This document shows, in pieces, positions 39,080 through 48,732 of a DNA stretch of 64,000 nt. How positions within the stretch are numbered: position 1 is the stretch's first letter; each line of letters starts with the position of its first letter. Source of the DNA: Proteobacteria bacterium UBA6503 (GTDB lineage: Bacteria; Pseudomonadota; Alphaproteobacteria; UBA1280; UBA6503). The stretch covers positions 782,001 to 846,000 of the forward strand of contig DJLZ01000001.1 of NCBI GenBank assembly GCA_002436405.1. Direction: 5' to 3'. The position numbers and the translations under genes were made by a program. The notes under the pieces are model-generated. The model was not told the origin of the DNA. It worked only from the letters and a program-made list of their open reading frames with translations, and did not search any database.

Positions 39080-39544
39080 ATGAATGAGCCAAAGAATGCA
39101 GCCAAAGAATATCTTGAGCGTCAGGTACAAAGTGCCTCTCCTGTCGAGCGTGTTGTTTTAGCATACGATGGGGCAATCCGCTTTTTGCTAGCGGCACGCC
39201 GTGCTATTGACGAAGGAAACATTGAGGTTCGCTTTAAGAATAATAAAAAAGCGGCGGACATTATCTCATACCTAATGGAAACACTAGACATGGAGCAGGG
39301 CGGTGAAGTTGCTGAACGCCTACAGCGTTTGTACTTCTACATGCTTCGTAAACTTGTTGAGGTTGATGTTAAAAACTCAACCGAAGCCATTGATGATGTG
39401 ATTGGTCACCTTAAAAAGCTACGTGCCTCGTGGGAACAGCTTTCACGCGGTGGCGGAGCATCAGCGCAGCCGGCCCCAAAAGGTGAGGCTGGCAGCGCTG
39501 ACACAGATGAGCGTGCGCCAGTTAGAATCTCCGCAACGGCTTAA
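39080..39544 (+). CDS. fliS: Flagellin-specific chaperone FliS
   Basis: FliS four-helix bundle signature ('AYDGAIRFLLAARRAIDEGN...RLQRLYFYMLRKLVEVDVKN'). Confidence 0.88.
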   Translation: MNEPKNAAKEYLERQVQSASPVERVVLAYDGAIRFLLAARRAIDEGNIEVRFKNNKKAADIISYLMETLDMEQGGEVAERLQRLYFYMLRKLVEVDVKNSTEAIDDVIGHLKKLRASWEQLSRGGGASAQPAPKGEAGSADTDERAPVRISATA

Positions 39545-39611
39545 GTGCTCTTCGTAAAGGTGTTATATCTGACTTAAAAGACACAGCGCCTTTATTAAAA
39601 GCGATTAATAT

Positions 39612-39646
39612 AAAAAACACCCTTCAATTGAGGGGTGTTTTTATTG
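39612..39646 (+). terminator. Rho-independent terminator after fliS
   Basis: aacaccct-tcaattg-aggggtgtt followed by a T-run. Confidence 0.7.
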
Positions 39647-39706
39647 TTATAGTGCTTAAGTACTCGTATCGAGTTTAAAAGAATTTATAAAACGGATTAT
39701 TGACGC

Positions 39707-40219
39707 ATGGCTGAAGAAAAAGATCAAGTTACCGAAGCAGGAACCGAAGGCGAAGGCCAAGAAGGCGGCGGTAAAAAGAAACTCGTCATTATTCTAGTTG
39801 TAGGCCTGTTGGTTGTTTGTATTGCAGCAGCTGCTGGTTTTTACTTCCTTAAAGGTGGCGATGATCATGCCGCTGAAGAAGCGCATGTTGCTGAAGATGT
39901 GGCCCCAATGCCAACCGAAAGCCACTACTTCGAATTGCCTGACCTTACCGTTAACCTTGCCTCAGCCGGTGGTAACCGCTTCCTTCGTTTGAAGGTTGTT
40001 CTTGAAGTTGGTAGCGCTGAAGACCTTGCACGCCTAGAACAAGTGCGCCCACGTATTGTGGATGACTTCCAAGTTTACCTGCGTGAGTTGCGCCCTGAAG
40101 ATTTGCGCGGTTCTGCTGGCTCTTACCGTTTGCGCCACGACTTGTTGCTACGTGCAAACCAAGCGGCACAGCCTGCCCGTGTGGTGAATGTACTGTTCAA
40201 AGAGTTTTTGGTTCAGTAG
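39707..40219 (+). CDS. fliL: Flagellar basal-body-associated protein FliL
   Basis: Single TM plus FliL domain ('FELPDLTVNLASAGGNRFLRLKVVLEV'). Confidence 0.88.
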   Translation: MAEEKDQVTEAGTEGEGQEGGGKKKLVIILVVGLLVVCIAAAAGFYFLKGGDDHAAEEAHVAEDVAPMPTESHYFELPDLTVNLASAGGNRFLRLKVVLEVGSAEDLARLEQVRPRIVDDFQVYLRELRPEDLRGSAGSYRLRHDLLLRANQAAQPARVVNVLFKEFLVQ

Positions 40220-40235
40220 GTTTAAACCCTCATTT

Positions 40236-40267
40236 AAAAAGCCGCCCAAGTTTGGGCGGCTTTTTGT
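40236..40267 (+). terminator. Rho-independent terminator after fliL
   Basis: aaaaa-gccgcccaa-g-tttgggcggc-ttttt. Confidence 0.8.
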
Positions 40268-40335
40268 TTGTGTGATGTTTGACCAAAAGCGTTGCGTAAA
40301 AGCCACAAGCAAAAGCAAACTCCCATATACATCAG

Positions 40336-40351
40336 GGGGGTATGTGTTGCT
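40336..40351 (+). promoter_or_regulatory. Candidate sigma-54 promoter upstream of fliM
   Basis: gGGggt-atgtg-TTGCt: correct GG/GC spacing but a weaker -24 element. Confidence 0.4.
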
Positions 40352-40411
40352 GTGCATGCCCATAAGGGGTAAGATGATAAGACCAGTAATATTACTTGAA
40401 AGCGCACTTTA

Positions 40412-41512
40412 ATGGCTGATGATGTAAAAACACCGACAGAAGCAGAAAACGCCCAAGCTAAGGGTGAAGATGAACTGCTGGATGAGTGGATGAACATGGC
40501 ATCTGGCGAAGGGGACGACGCTGACGCTGCCCCGATGGATGATAAAATCCTCGACCAGAACGAAATTGATTCTCTGCTTGGTGTCGACAACGGTAACGAC
40601 GACGGCCAGACCGGCGGCGTACGTGTTTTGCTGAACAACAGCATTATTAGCTACGAGCGCTTGCCACTTCTTGAAATTGTTTTTGACCGCTTTGAGCGCT
40701 TGATGTCAACCAGCTTGCGTCAGTTCACGGCTGATAACGTAGATATCAGCATTGAGAACATGACCTCAGTTCGCTACGGCGAATACATGGATTCTATCCC
40801 GCTACCTGCTGGTTTGGTGGTTGTGAACGCCCGCGGTTTGGATGACTACATCCTGCTGACCTACGAAAGCCGCCTTATTTACGCAATTGTTGATATTTTG
40901 CTTGGGGGCCGTAAGGCACGCCCGGCACGTATTGAAGGCCGTAACTTCACAACGATTGAGCGTAAGATTGTTGAAAAACTTTCACAGGTTGTACTAGAAG
41001 GCCTTGCTGAAGCCTTTGCACCTGTTGCCCCAATTAACTTCGATTTTGAGCGTATGGAATCAAACCCACGCTTTGCCACGGTAACCCGTGAAGGTAACGC
41101 CTGTATTTTGGTAACTGTGCGTGTAAACCTTGAAGAACGTGATGGTATTATGCAGTTCTGCCTACCATACGCCACGCTTGAGCCAATCCGTGATCAGCTA
41201 TTGCAGCAGTTTATGGGTGAAAAATTTGGCCACGATAACATCTGGGAAAACCACTTGGCGAAAGAACTATACGCCACAAACACCAAAATTAAGGCTGTGC
41301 TTGACGAGCAAACACACATGCTAAGCGAGGTTCTTGAATGGCGCTTGGGCGATACCATTGTGTTTAATGCAAAACAAGGCGCACCGGTACGTATTAAAAT
41401 GGGCCCAGAAACCAAGATGGTTGGCATGATGGGCCGCGCCGATGACCGATTGGCCGTTAAAATTACAAAGAATATCGCTGACGTAAACGACAGCAAAAAC
41501 GAAGGGGACTAA
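40412..41512 (+). CDS. fliM: Flagellar motor switch protein FliM
   Basis: CheY-P-binding N-terminus ('LDQNEIDSLLG'), FliM middle domain, C-terminal SpoA. Confidence 0.93.
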   Translation: MADDVKTPTEAENAQAKGEDELLDEWMNMASGEGDDADAAPMDDKILDQNEIDSLLGVDNGNDDGQTGGVRVLLNNSIISYERLPLLEIVFDRFERLMSTSLRQFTADNVDISIENMTSVRYGEYMDSIPLPAGLVVVNARGLDDYILLTYESRLIYAIVDILLGGRKARPARIEGRNFTTIERKIVEKLSQVVLEGLAEAFAPVAPINFDFERMESNPRFATVTREGNACILVTVRVNLEERDGIMQFCLPYATLEPIRDQLLQQFMGEKFGHDNIWENHLAKELYATNTKIKAVLDEQTHMLSEVLEWRLGDTIVFNAKQGAPVRIKMGPETKMVGMMGRADDRLAVKITKNIADVNDSKNEGD

Positions 41513-41515
41513 TCA

Positions 41516-42199
41516 ATGACAGGATTTATGATTGATCTTGTACTTATGCTAACAATGGCTGGCCTATTGGGCGTGGTGCTTGTTTTGCATTTTAAACTAA
41601 AAGAATTTGGCCGCGATGCCATGCGTGTTCCTGCACTTGCTGATGACCTTACAACAGCCATTACAACCAGCCGCACTGCAATGCAAGAGCTTGCAAAGTC
41701 AGCCCGTACTGATGGTGCACTGCTTGAAGAATACACAAGTAAAGCCGCACGTAATATTCAGGAGCTTACTTTCCTAATCGACCGTGCTGAAAAAGTACTT
41801 GAGCGTTTTGATAACCACATTAGCAACGGTGCAATGCGCTTGAGTGAAGCACAGGTAACGCCTGCACAAGCTGCTCATACTCAAACGACACCTCAGCCTG
41901 AACTTTCAGCCCCAACGGCAACACCAACTTCTGCCCAGCGACCAATGAACCGTCCTGCACAAAATACAAGCGCTTCAAGTCAGGCGGCGATTATGCCTGG
42001 CCGCTATAAGAAAGAGATGGCAACACCACAAAACAGCGAGCCTTCAGCACAAAAACCATTTAAGCCAACAAGCTTTGGTGCCTCTGCTGCGGCCTACGGT
42101 TCAGCAAGTACTGTGATGAACAACACAACTGTTGATGACACACCTGCTGTTGCAAGCGAAGCCGAGCGAGAACTACGCCGTGCGCTTGGTGGCGTATAA
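41516..42199 (+). CDS. Hypothetical flagellar-operon membrane-anchored protein (N-terminal TM, coiled coil, Q/T/P/A-rich tail)
   Basis: Tightly coupled after fliM (3 nt gap). No recognisable domain. Confidence 0.5.
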   Translation: MTGFMIDLVLMLTMAGLLGVVLVLHFKLKEFGRDAMRVPALADDLTTAITTSRTAMQELAKSARTDGALLEEYTSKAARNIQELTFLIDRAEKVLERFDNHISNGAMRLSEAQVTPAQAAHTQTTPQPELSAPTATPTSAQRPMNRPAQNTSASSQAAIMPGRYKKEMATPQNSEPSAQKPFKPTSFGASAAAYGSASTVMNNTTVDDTPAVASEAERELRRALGGV

Positions 42200-42216
42200 A
42201 AATTAAAAGGGATACC

Positions 42217-42819
42217 TTGTCTGTGAAAAAGTTTGGCCTAACCACAATGCTACTGCCTCTGCTATGCGGGGGCTTTGTGTTGCTTTGTGGGGCAAATGCA
42301 TATGCCGCTGAAGATCGTGGTATTAGCCAGCTAGATGCAGCACCACAAGCCCGTGGCGATCTTTTGCCAACCCCTGAAAACGTAAGCCTAGAGAGCAGCC
42401 GTCGCTTATTTTCTGAAGCTGAAATCAAGCTTTTACAAGAACTAGACATCCGCCGTATTGAGCTTGAGCGCCGTGAACAAGCCCTACGTGTGCGTGAAAA
42501 ACTAGCCGACCTTGCCGAAGCTGAGCTTAAAGACCGAGTGGAAAAAATGAACGAGCTGCAAAAACAGCTAACTGTTCTGCTGAAAAATCTTTCAAACAAA
42601 GAAGAAGCTGAGCTTGTTCAACTCGCTAAGATTTACGAAGAAATGCGCCCGAACAATGCTGCTATCGTTTTGAACAAACTTGACGATAACATCGTGTTTG
42701 ATTTGTTTAAGCGCATGAACCGTAAAGACACTGCCAAGATTATGGAGAAAATGGATCCAATCAAGGCACGACGAATTTCGAAGATGCTCGCAGAAAAAAG
42801 TGATCTTCCCCAGTTTTAA
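42217..42819 (+). CDS. motE: MotE-like periplasmic protein with MgtE_N-type helical domain and signal peptide
   Basis: 'LAKIYEEMRPNNAAIVLNKLDDNIVFDLFKRMNRKDTAKIMEKMDPIKARRISKML' matches the MgtE_N / FlbB-MotE pattern. Confidence 0.65.
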   Translation: MSVKKFGLTTMLLPLLCGGFVLLCGANAYAAEDRGISQLDAAPQARGDLLPTPENVSLESSRRLFSEAEIKLLQELDIRRIELERREQALRVREKLADLAEAELKDRVEKMNELQKQLTVLLKNLSNKEEAELVQLAKIYEEMRPNNAAIVLNKLDDNIVFDLFKRMNRKDTAKIMEKMDPIKARRISKMLAEKSDLPQF

Positions 42820-42864
42820 TACAAATAACAAACTTTAATAAATCTAAATAAGGGACACTTAAAA

Positions 42865-43251
42865 ATGGCCGTAAATAAGAACATGCGCATCCTAGTTGTG
42901 GACGACTTTTTGACCATGCGCCGCATTATCATCAACTTGCTACGTCAGCTTGGTTTTAACAATGTTGTTGAAGCTGCAGACGGTAAGCAAGCCCTTGATA
43001 AAGTTCATGAAGAAGAGATTGATCTGATTGTTTCTGACTGGAACATGCCGAACATGACAGGTATTGAGTTTTTGAAGCACGTCCGTGCAGATGAAAAAAC
43101 AAAAGCGATTCCATTCATCATGGTGACAGCCGAAGGTAAAAAAGAAAACGTGATTGCTGCTGTGCACGCAGGTGTGAGTAACTACATCGTGAAGCCATTT
43201 AACGCGGCGACCTTGAAAGAGAAAATGTCGAAAGTAATTGGTGAGTTTTAA
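42865..43251 (+). CDS. cheY: Chemotaxis response regulator CheY
   Basis: 128 aa receiver domain ('ILVVDDFLTMRRI...DLIVSDWNMPNMTGIEFL...MVTAEGKKENV'). Confidence 0.93.
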   Translation: MAVNKNMRILVVDDFLTMRRIIINLLRQLGFNNVVEAADGKQALDKVHEEEIDLIVSDWNMPNMTGIEFLKHVRADEKTKAIPFIMVTAEGKKENVIAAVHAGVSNYIVKPFNAATLKEKMSKVIGEF

Positions 43252-43282
43252 TCCCACTAGTTTGTAAGTAAGGAGCATCCTC

Positions 43283-44008
43283 ATGAGTGAAAACGGCATG
43301 AAGCTACTACAAGATCAACTTAACGCCCTAGAAGACAACATTAAAGGCGATACCGTACCAGCAGAAGACGTACGTGCATTCGTTGCCTTGGTAAAGCAGT
43401 TCTTTGGTGGCCATTTTGAGCAAACAGCTAAAGATGGCGAAGCCTTTGACCCACGCCTATACGGCGAATTGGGCGAGCTTGCTAAGTTTATTAATGCCGC
43501 ACGCCACGAGTTTGCTGACGTAAGCCCAGGCATGCTGCAAGAAGAGCAGCTTCCTGAAGCTTCAGACCAGTTGGACGAAATTGTAAAAACAACTGAAGCT
43601 GCAACACACAAAATTATGGACTCATGCGAACAGCTACAAGGTGTGAACCAACGTATTCGTGACCGTATGATGACTATTGATCCACCGCTTGACCCTGATG
43701 TTGCTATGAGCATTGAAGATGCCCTCAACGAAGGTGATACTCACGTTACAAACATTTACGAAGCCTGTAACTTCCAAGATATTACTGGTCAGCGTATTCA
43801 GAAGATTATTAAGGTTCTACGTGAGATTGAGCGTCAGGTTTTCCGTATGGTTATTGTATTTGGTCTACGCAACAAGGGTGAGGCTCTTGAAGAAAAAGAC
43901 CGCACGGCACTTGCCGAAACTGAGGCCGCGCTTCTTAATGGCCCGCAAAAGACTGGCGAAGGTCTAGACCAAGACGATGTTGACGATATTCTAGCTAAAT
44001 TGCTGTAA
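43283..44008 (+). CDS. cheZ: CheY-P phosphatase CheZ
   Basis: CheZ catalytic helix motif 'ACNFQDITGQRIQKII'. Follows cheY. Confidence 0.8.
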   Translation: MSENGMKLLQDQLNALEDNIKGDTVPAEDVRAFVALVKQFFGGHFEQTAKDGEAFDPRLYGELGELAKFINAARHEFADVSPGMLQEEQLPEASDQLDEIVKTTEAATHKIMDSCEQLQGVNQRIRDRMMTIDPPLDPDVAMSIEDALNEGDTHVTNIYEACNFQDITGQRIQKIIKVLREIERQVFRMVIVFGLRNKGEALEEKDRTALAETEAALLNGPQKTGEGLDQDDVDDILAKLL

Positions 44009-44010
44009 AG

Positions 44011-45099
44011 ATGACGAGTGGGGTGGCTATGACAAACAGTAATGTACTACGCGTCCTTGTGGTCGATGATTCGGCCTTTATGCGCAGTACGTTAACGCGT
44101 TTTTTCAATAGCGACGAACGTTTTGAAGTTATTGGTAGTGCTGCTAACGGCGACGAAGCAGTTAAAATGGCAGCCGACCTTAAGCCCGATGTTATGACCC
44201 TTGATATTGAGATGCCTGTTAAAAACGGTATCGAGGCGTTGGAAGAAATTATGCAAAAGTCACCAACCCGTGTGGTGATGGTTTCTAGCTTAACAGAGGC
44301 GGGTGCTACAGCGACTATGAAAGCACTAGAACTTGGCGCTGTTGATTTTATTCCAAAAGCAATGGAAGACAGCTCGCGCAACATTTTTAGCCAGTCAAAA
44401 CAGTTGTGCGACAAGGTTTTTGCGGCCGCACAAGCTGAAATTGTTAAGCAGCCAACTCAAAGTGCATCGCAACCATCAGAAAGCAGCGAGCCGCAAAAGC
44501 CACAACCTGGCAGCCATTTGCGTTTCAGACATGCCGAAGCTGTGCTTATTGGTATTAGCACGGGTGGGCCAAAGGCGCTGCAACAAATTATTGCTGATTT
44601 CCCGCGTACGACAAATGTGCCAATTATTATTGTGCAGCATATGCCGCCTAACTTCACAAAAGCGATGGCTGAACGCCTTGACCAAAGCTGCCCCCTAAAG
44701 GTGGTTGAGGGTACAGACGGCCAAAAGCTAGAAGCTAATCATATTTACATTGCGCCCGGCGGCATGCAGTGCCGCGTTAAAAAGGCATCTTCAGGGCTTG
44801 TATTCAGTGTGTCAGAAGATGAGGGTGAATCATTGTACAAACCATCGGTAGAAGTGATGGGAGAGTCACTCTTAGAGGCTGTTGGCGGTAAGGTGCTTGC
44901 CATGATGATGACCGGTATGGGCAATGATGGTGTTAAAGTTTACGAAAAACTGAAGGTCGCAGGTGCATACGTTATTGCGCAAGATGAAGCCACATCAGTT
45001 GTTTACGGGATGCCACGTGCCGTGGTCGAAAAGGGGATTGCCAACGAGGTACTACCGCTTGACCGCTTGGCCCCAACCATTGAACGCTTACTAGGTTAA
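44011..45099 (+). CDS. cheB: Chemotaxis methylesterase/response regulator CheB
   Basis: N-terminal receiver ('VLVVDDSAFMR...DVMTLDIEMP') plus CheB methylesterase domain. Confidence 0.93.
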   Translation: MTSGVAMTNSNVLRVLVVDDSAFMRSTLTRFFNSDERFEVIGSAANGDEAVKMAADLKPDVMTLDIEMPVKNGIEALEEIMQKSPTRVVMVSSLTEAGATATMKALELGAVDFIPKAMEDSSRNIFSQSKQLCDKVFAAAQAEIVKQPTQSASQPSESSEPQKPQPGSHLRFRHAEAVLIGISTGGPKALQQIIADFPRTTNVPIIIVQHMPPNFTKAMAERLDQSCPLKVVEGTDGQKLEANHIYIAPGGMQCRVKKASSGLVFSVSEDEGESLYKPSVEVMGESLLEAVGGKVLAMMMTGMGNDGVKVYEKLKVAGAYVIAQDEATSVVYGMPRAVVEKGIANEVLPLDRLAPTIERLLG

Positions 45100-45110
45100 A
45101 GGGGACACCC

Positions 45111-47324
45111 ATGGAAATTGATCAGGAAATTTTAGATGAGTTTCATACAGAGGCTGAGGAAAGCCTTGATGCCCTTGAAGCTGACCTGATTACCCTTGAA
45201 GGCGTTGCCGAAGCGGGTGACTCTGACCCTGACCTTATTGACCGTCTATTCCGTGTATTGCACACCCTAAAAGGTGGTGCGGGCTTTCTAGGCCTTGAGA
45301 AAATGAACAAGCTTGCCCACGCAGGTGAAAACTTGCTGGATGAAGTGCGTGCGGGCAATGTGCCTATTACTACCGAGGTAATGGATGCCTTGCTTGAAAC
45401 TAATGACACGCTAAAAGACCTTTTGGATTGTTCAAAAACAGGTGAAAGCCCTGATAATATTGACTTTAAGCCCCTTGCAGATCGTCTTGATAAGCTTTCA
45501 GCCCCTGGTGGCGTAGCTGCACCTGAGGCACCAAAAGCTGAGGAGCCACAAACTGAAGAAACTGCAGCCCCAGCAGTTGAAACACCTGAGCCTACAGGCA
45601 TTGAAATTAACGAAGACCTTCTTGCTGAGATTCAAGCTGATGACCGCCTATCTGGCCCTGCTGGTGATGATGACGCTGTGCCAACACCAGAAGCCCCAGC
45701 TATTGAAATTAATGAAGACCTTCTTGCTGAGATTCAGGCTGATGACCGCCTAACAGGCCCCGCTGGTGAAGACGATGCTGTGCCAACACCAGAAGCCCCA
45801 GCTATTGAGATTAACGAAGAGCTTCTTGCTGAAATTCAAGCCGATGACCGCCTGACGGGCCCTGCAAGCAGCGATGATGACATTGAAACTGTTGAAGCTG
45901 AACCTGTTACCCCTAAACAGGACGCTAAAACAGAAGAGCCAACAAAAAAAGCAGAACAACCTAAGGCCGAAGCCTTTGACCGTCGTGGCGCTGACCGCCG
46001 TGACCGTGTGGGCGACCGCCGCAAAAAACCAGGCCGCCGCGACCATGACCCTAAAGAGGTAACAATCCGTGTGGATACTGCACGTCTAGATGCAGTAATG
46101 AACCTAGTGGGTGAGCTTGTGCTTGCACGTAACACACTTGTGCGCCAGATGGAGCGTGAGGATACCATTGAGCGCCTACAGGGCAGCGAATATCAAGGGA
46201 TTATTGAGTCAACGCTAGAGTCGCTAACACGTGTTTCAAAAGACTTGCAAATGTCAGTACTGCGCACACGTATGCAACCGATTAAGCGTGTATTTGATAA
46301 AATTCCACGTCAGGTACGTGAGCTTAAAAACAAACTTGGTAAAGAAATTAACCTTGTGATTGAAGGCGAGGGCACCGAGGTTGACCGTAGCTTGGTTGAA
46401 GAGCTTGCCGATCCAATGGTCCACCTTATCCGTAATGCTCTAGACCATGGCCTTGAAGGCCCCGAAGAACGTACCGAAGTTGGTAAAAAGTCAGAAGGCA
46501 CCTTGGCTATCCGTGCGTTTTACGAAGGGAACAACGTTGTGATTCAGGTGCAGGATGATGGCCGTGGGATTGACCCTATGCGCATCCGTGCCAAAGCCGT
46601 TGAAAAAGGCCTACTGACTGAAGAGGCTGCACATGCCCTACCAGATAGCGAAGCTATTAAGCTGATTATGGCAGCGGGTTTCTCGACAGCTGAAACCATT
46701 AGTGATGTTTCAGGCCGTGGTGTGGGTATGGACGTTGTGAACGACAAAATTAACAAGATTAAAGGCACCATTGAGCTTGAGTCTCAGTTTGGTGCGGGCA
46801 CAACAGTTTCAATTTACCTGCCCCTTACACTTGCTATTGTGCAGGCCCTTATTGTTGAGGCGAATGACGAAGGCTTTGCTGTACCAATTGGCACAGTGTC
46901 TGAGGTTATTCAGTTCCGCCCGCTTATGTGCCACAAGGTAAACAACGAAGACGCCATTGAACTGCGTGAAGAAATTGTGCCAATCAAATACCTTTCTGAG
47001 CTTACATCAAAAGGTAAGAAAGACTATACCGAAGGCTTGAAGGATAAAAACGAGCAAAACGGTTACGTGATGATTGTGCGTGACGGCAGCCTTACAGTTG
47101 GTCTTGTGATTGATGAGCTTCTGGGCCAAGAAGAAGCCGTTGTAAAATCAATTACCAGCGCGTTTGACTATAACCCTGCAATCTCAGGTGCAACAATCTC
47201 CGGCGATGGTAAAGTGCATATGATTTTGGATGTGCCATACTTCATGCGTGATATTGTGCAAAAGCAAAAGTCACTCACCGCCGAAGCCCGTAAAGCTGCC
47301 ATGAAACTTGTGGCATCAGAATAG
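45111..47324 (+). CDS. cheA: Chemotaxis histidine kinase CheA with a 3 x 34 aa tandem-repeat linker in place of a canonical P2 domain
   Basis: P1 HPt ('RVLHTLKGGAGFLG'), P3, P4 ('DHGLEGPEER', 'DDGRGID', 'GRGVGMD') and P5 CheW-like domains. Confidence 0.93.
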   Translation: MEIDQEILDEFHTEAEESLDALEADLITLEGVAEAGDSDPDLIDRLFRVLHTLKGGAGFLGLEKMNKLAHAGENLLDEVRAGNVPITTEVMDALLETNDTLKDLLDCSKTGESPDNIDFKPLADRLDKLSAPGGVAAPEAPKAEEPQTEETAAPAVETPEPTGIEINEDLLAEIQADDRLSGPAGDDDAVPTPEAPAIEINEDLLAEIQADDRLTGPAGEDDAVPTPEAPAIEINEELLAEIQADDRLTGPASSDDDIETVEAEPVTPKQDAKTEEPTKKAEQPKAEAFDRRGADRRDRVGDRRKKPGRRDHDPKEVTIRVDTARLDAVMNLVGELVLARNTLVRQMEREDTIERLQGSEYQGIIESTLESLTRVSKDLQMSVLRTRMQPIKRVFDKIPRQVRELKNKLGKEINLVIEGEGTEVDRSLVEELADPMVHLIRNALDHGLEGPEERTEVGKKSEGTLAIRAFYEGNNVVIQVQDDGRGIDPMRIRAKAVEKGLLTEEAAHALPDSEAIKLIMAAGFSTAETISDVSGRGVGMDVVNDKINKIKGTIELESQFGAGTTVSIYLPLTLAIVQALIVEANDEGFAVPIGTVSEVIQFRPLMCHKVNNEDAIELREEIVPIKYLSELTSKGKKDYTEGLKDKNEQNGYVMIVRDGSLTVGLVIDELLGQEEAVVKSITSAFDYNPAISGATISGDGKVHMILDVPYFMRDIVQKQKSLTAEARKAAMKLVASE
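45600..45905 (+). repeat. Three tandem 102-nt (34-aa) in-frame repeats inside cheA
   Basis: Units begin at 45600, 45702 and 45804 ('IEINEDLLAEIQADDRLSGPAGDDDAVPTPEAPA'). The third unit is degenerate. Confidence 0.9.
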
Positions 47325-47332
47325 GCTTAACC

Positions 47333-48019
47333 ATGGCAAAGCAACTTAAAGATAAAGCAAAAGGTGGGGACAGTAGCGGTACTATTGTACTGATGTTGGG
47401 TCTGTACCTTATTTTGCTGGCTTTCTTTATTTTGCTGAATGCAATTTCAGAAGTGGCGATTGATAAGTTTGAGCGTGCGAGCCAAAGTATTGCCTCAGGG
47501 TTTGGTTTTCGTGCCGCACAAACTGTTATTAAAGACGACCCCGACGAAGCCCTTGTGAACGAGTTTTACGAGAAAATTGCCGATGACATTCAAGAGGTAT
47601 TCTCGGCGTATATTTCAAACAGTCAGTTTGAAGTTGAAAGCACCCGCGACACCATGATTGTGCGCCTTCGTGCCCCCGCCTTTTTTGATGAAGGCGAGTG
47701 GAAGATTATCTCAAGCCAAGCCTCATTCTTTACCGACCTTGCTGATTTGATGAATGAAAAACGCCCCGGTGCGCGCATTATTTTGGATATTCGTGTGCCT
47801 AGCAGCATTGAAGAGGCACCTGACCCGGTTGAACTTAATGGCCTGCGCGCAAGCCAATTTGCCCGTGCCCTTGATGAGCGTGGCGTAAACTCAAACTTTA
47901 TTACCTCGGCCGTAACAGAACAAGAAGGTGACCGTATTGTGTTGCTCTTCACCACACAAATTATTGACCGTGTTGCCGTTGTGGCTCAAGCCCGAATTGA
48001 CAGTAAGGGAGGGAAGTAA
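47333..48019 (+). CDS. MotB-like membrane protein with a degenerate OmpA-like C-terminal region
   Basis: N-terminal TM similar to the MotB plug/TM region. C-terminus ('GLRASQFARALDERGVNSNFITSAVTEQE') is a weak OmpA-like pattern. Immediately upstream of motB. Confidence 0.55.
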   Translation: MAKQLKDKAKGGDSSGTIVLMLGLYLILLAFFILLNAISEVAIDKFERASQSIASGFGFRAAQTVIKDDPDEALVNEFYEKIADDIQEVFSAYISNSQFEVESTRDTMIVRLRAPAFFDEGEWKIISSQASFFTDLADLMNEKRPGARIILDIRVPSSIEEAPDPVELNGLRASQFARALDERGVNSNFITSAVTEQEGDRIVLLFTTQIIDRVAVVAQARIDSKGGK

Positions 48020-48021
48020 CT

Positions 48022-48732
48022 ATGCCTCTCCGTAAAAAAAGTGGCCCACCGTCAGATGCTTGGCTTGTGACTTTTGCCGACCTTGTGAGCTTGCTTATTA
48101 CATTTTTCGTGTTGTTATTCTCAATGAAAAACATCAACACCCAACGCTGGCAGGATATTCGTGGTGCGCTTTCGGGTGCTCTTGCCTTTGAAGAAATTAA
48201 CCAGCAAAACGTTGATACCGACAACATTGAAACCATTAACATTACCCAAGCAGATGACCTAACTTACCTCAAGGCTATTTTGGGGCAGCGCTTTAAAAGC
48301 GATGATGTTTTAAAAGAAGCCACCATGGTGATCCGTGACCGTGGTGATGAGCTTCGCATTACGGTGCCTAGCCGTTTGCTGTTCAAAACAGGCTCAGCAA
48401 GCCTAATGCCGCAAGGGGATGATGCCATTGGCCGCCTTGGCGATATGCTACGTAATATTGATAACAGTATTATTATTGCAGGCCACACTGACCCTGTGCC
48501 GATTCAAGGTGGGGTATACGAAAGCAACTGGGAACTTTCAATGTTGCGTGCCGTAGGTGTGCTTAAAAAGTTACGGGCCACAGGTGTTGTTTCACCTATG
48601 CAGGCGCTAGGTTATGCAGATAGCCGGTTTGATATGATACAATCAGACTTACCGGTTACAATGCGTTACCTCAAAGCGCGACGTGTTGAAATTATTATCG
48701 GTAAGGCAACAACCAACCAAAGGTTACCGTAA
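48022..48732 (+). CDS. motB: Flagellar stator protein MotB
   Basis: TM with the conserved Asp ('WLVTFADLVSLLITFFVLLF') plus OmpA-like peptidoglycan-binding domain ('IIIAGHTDPVPIQGGVYESNWELSMLRAVGV'). Confidence 0.88.
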   Translation: MPLRKKSGPPSDAWLVTFADLVSLLITFFVLLFSMKNINTQRWQDIRGALSGALAFEEINQQNVDTDNIETINITQADDLTYLKAILGQRFKSDDVLKEATMVIRDRGDELRITVPSRLLFKTGSASLMPQGDDAIGRLGDMLRNIDNSIIIAGHTDPVPIQGGVYESNWELSMLRAVGVLKKLRATGVVSPMQALGYADSRFDMIQSDLPVTMRYLKARRVEIIIGKATTNQRLP

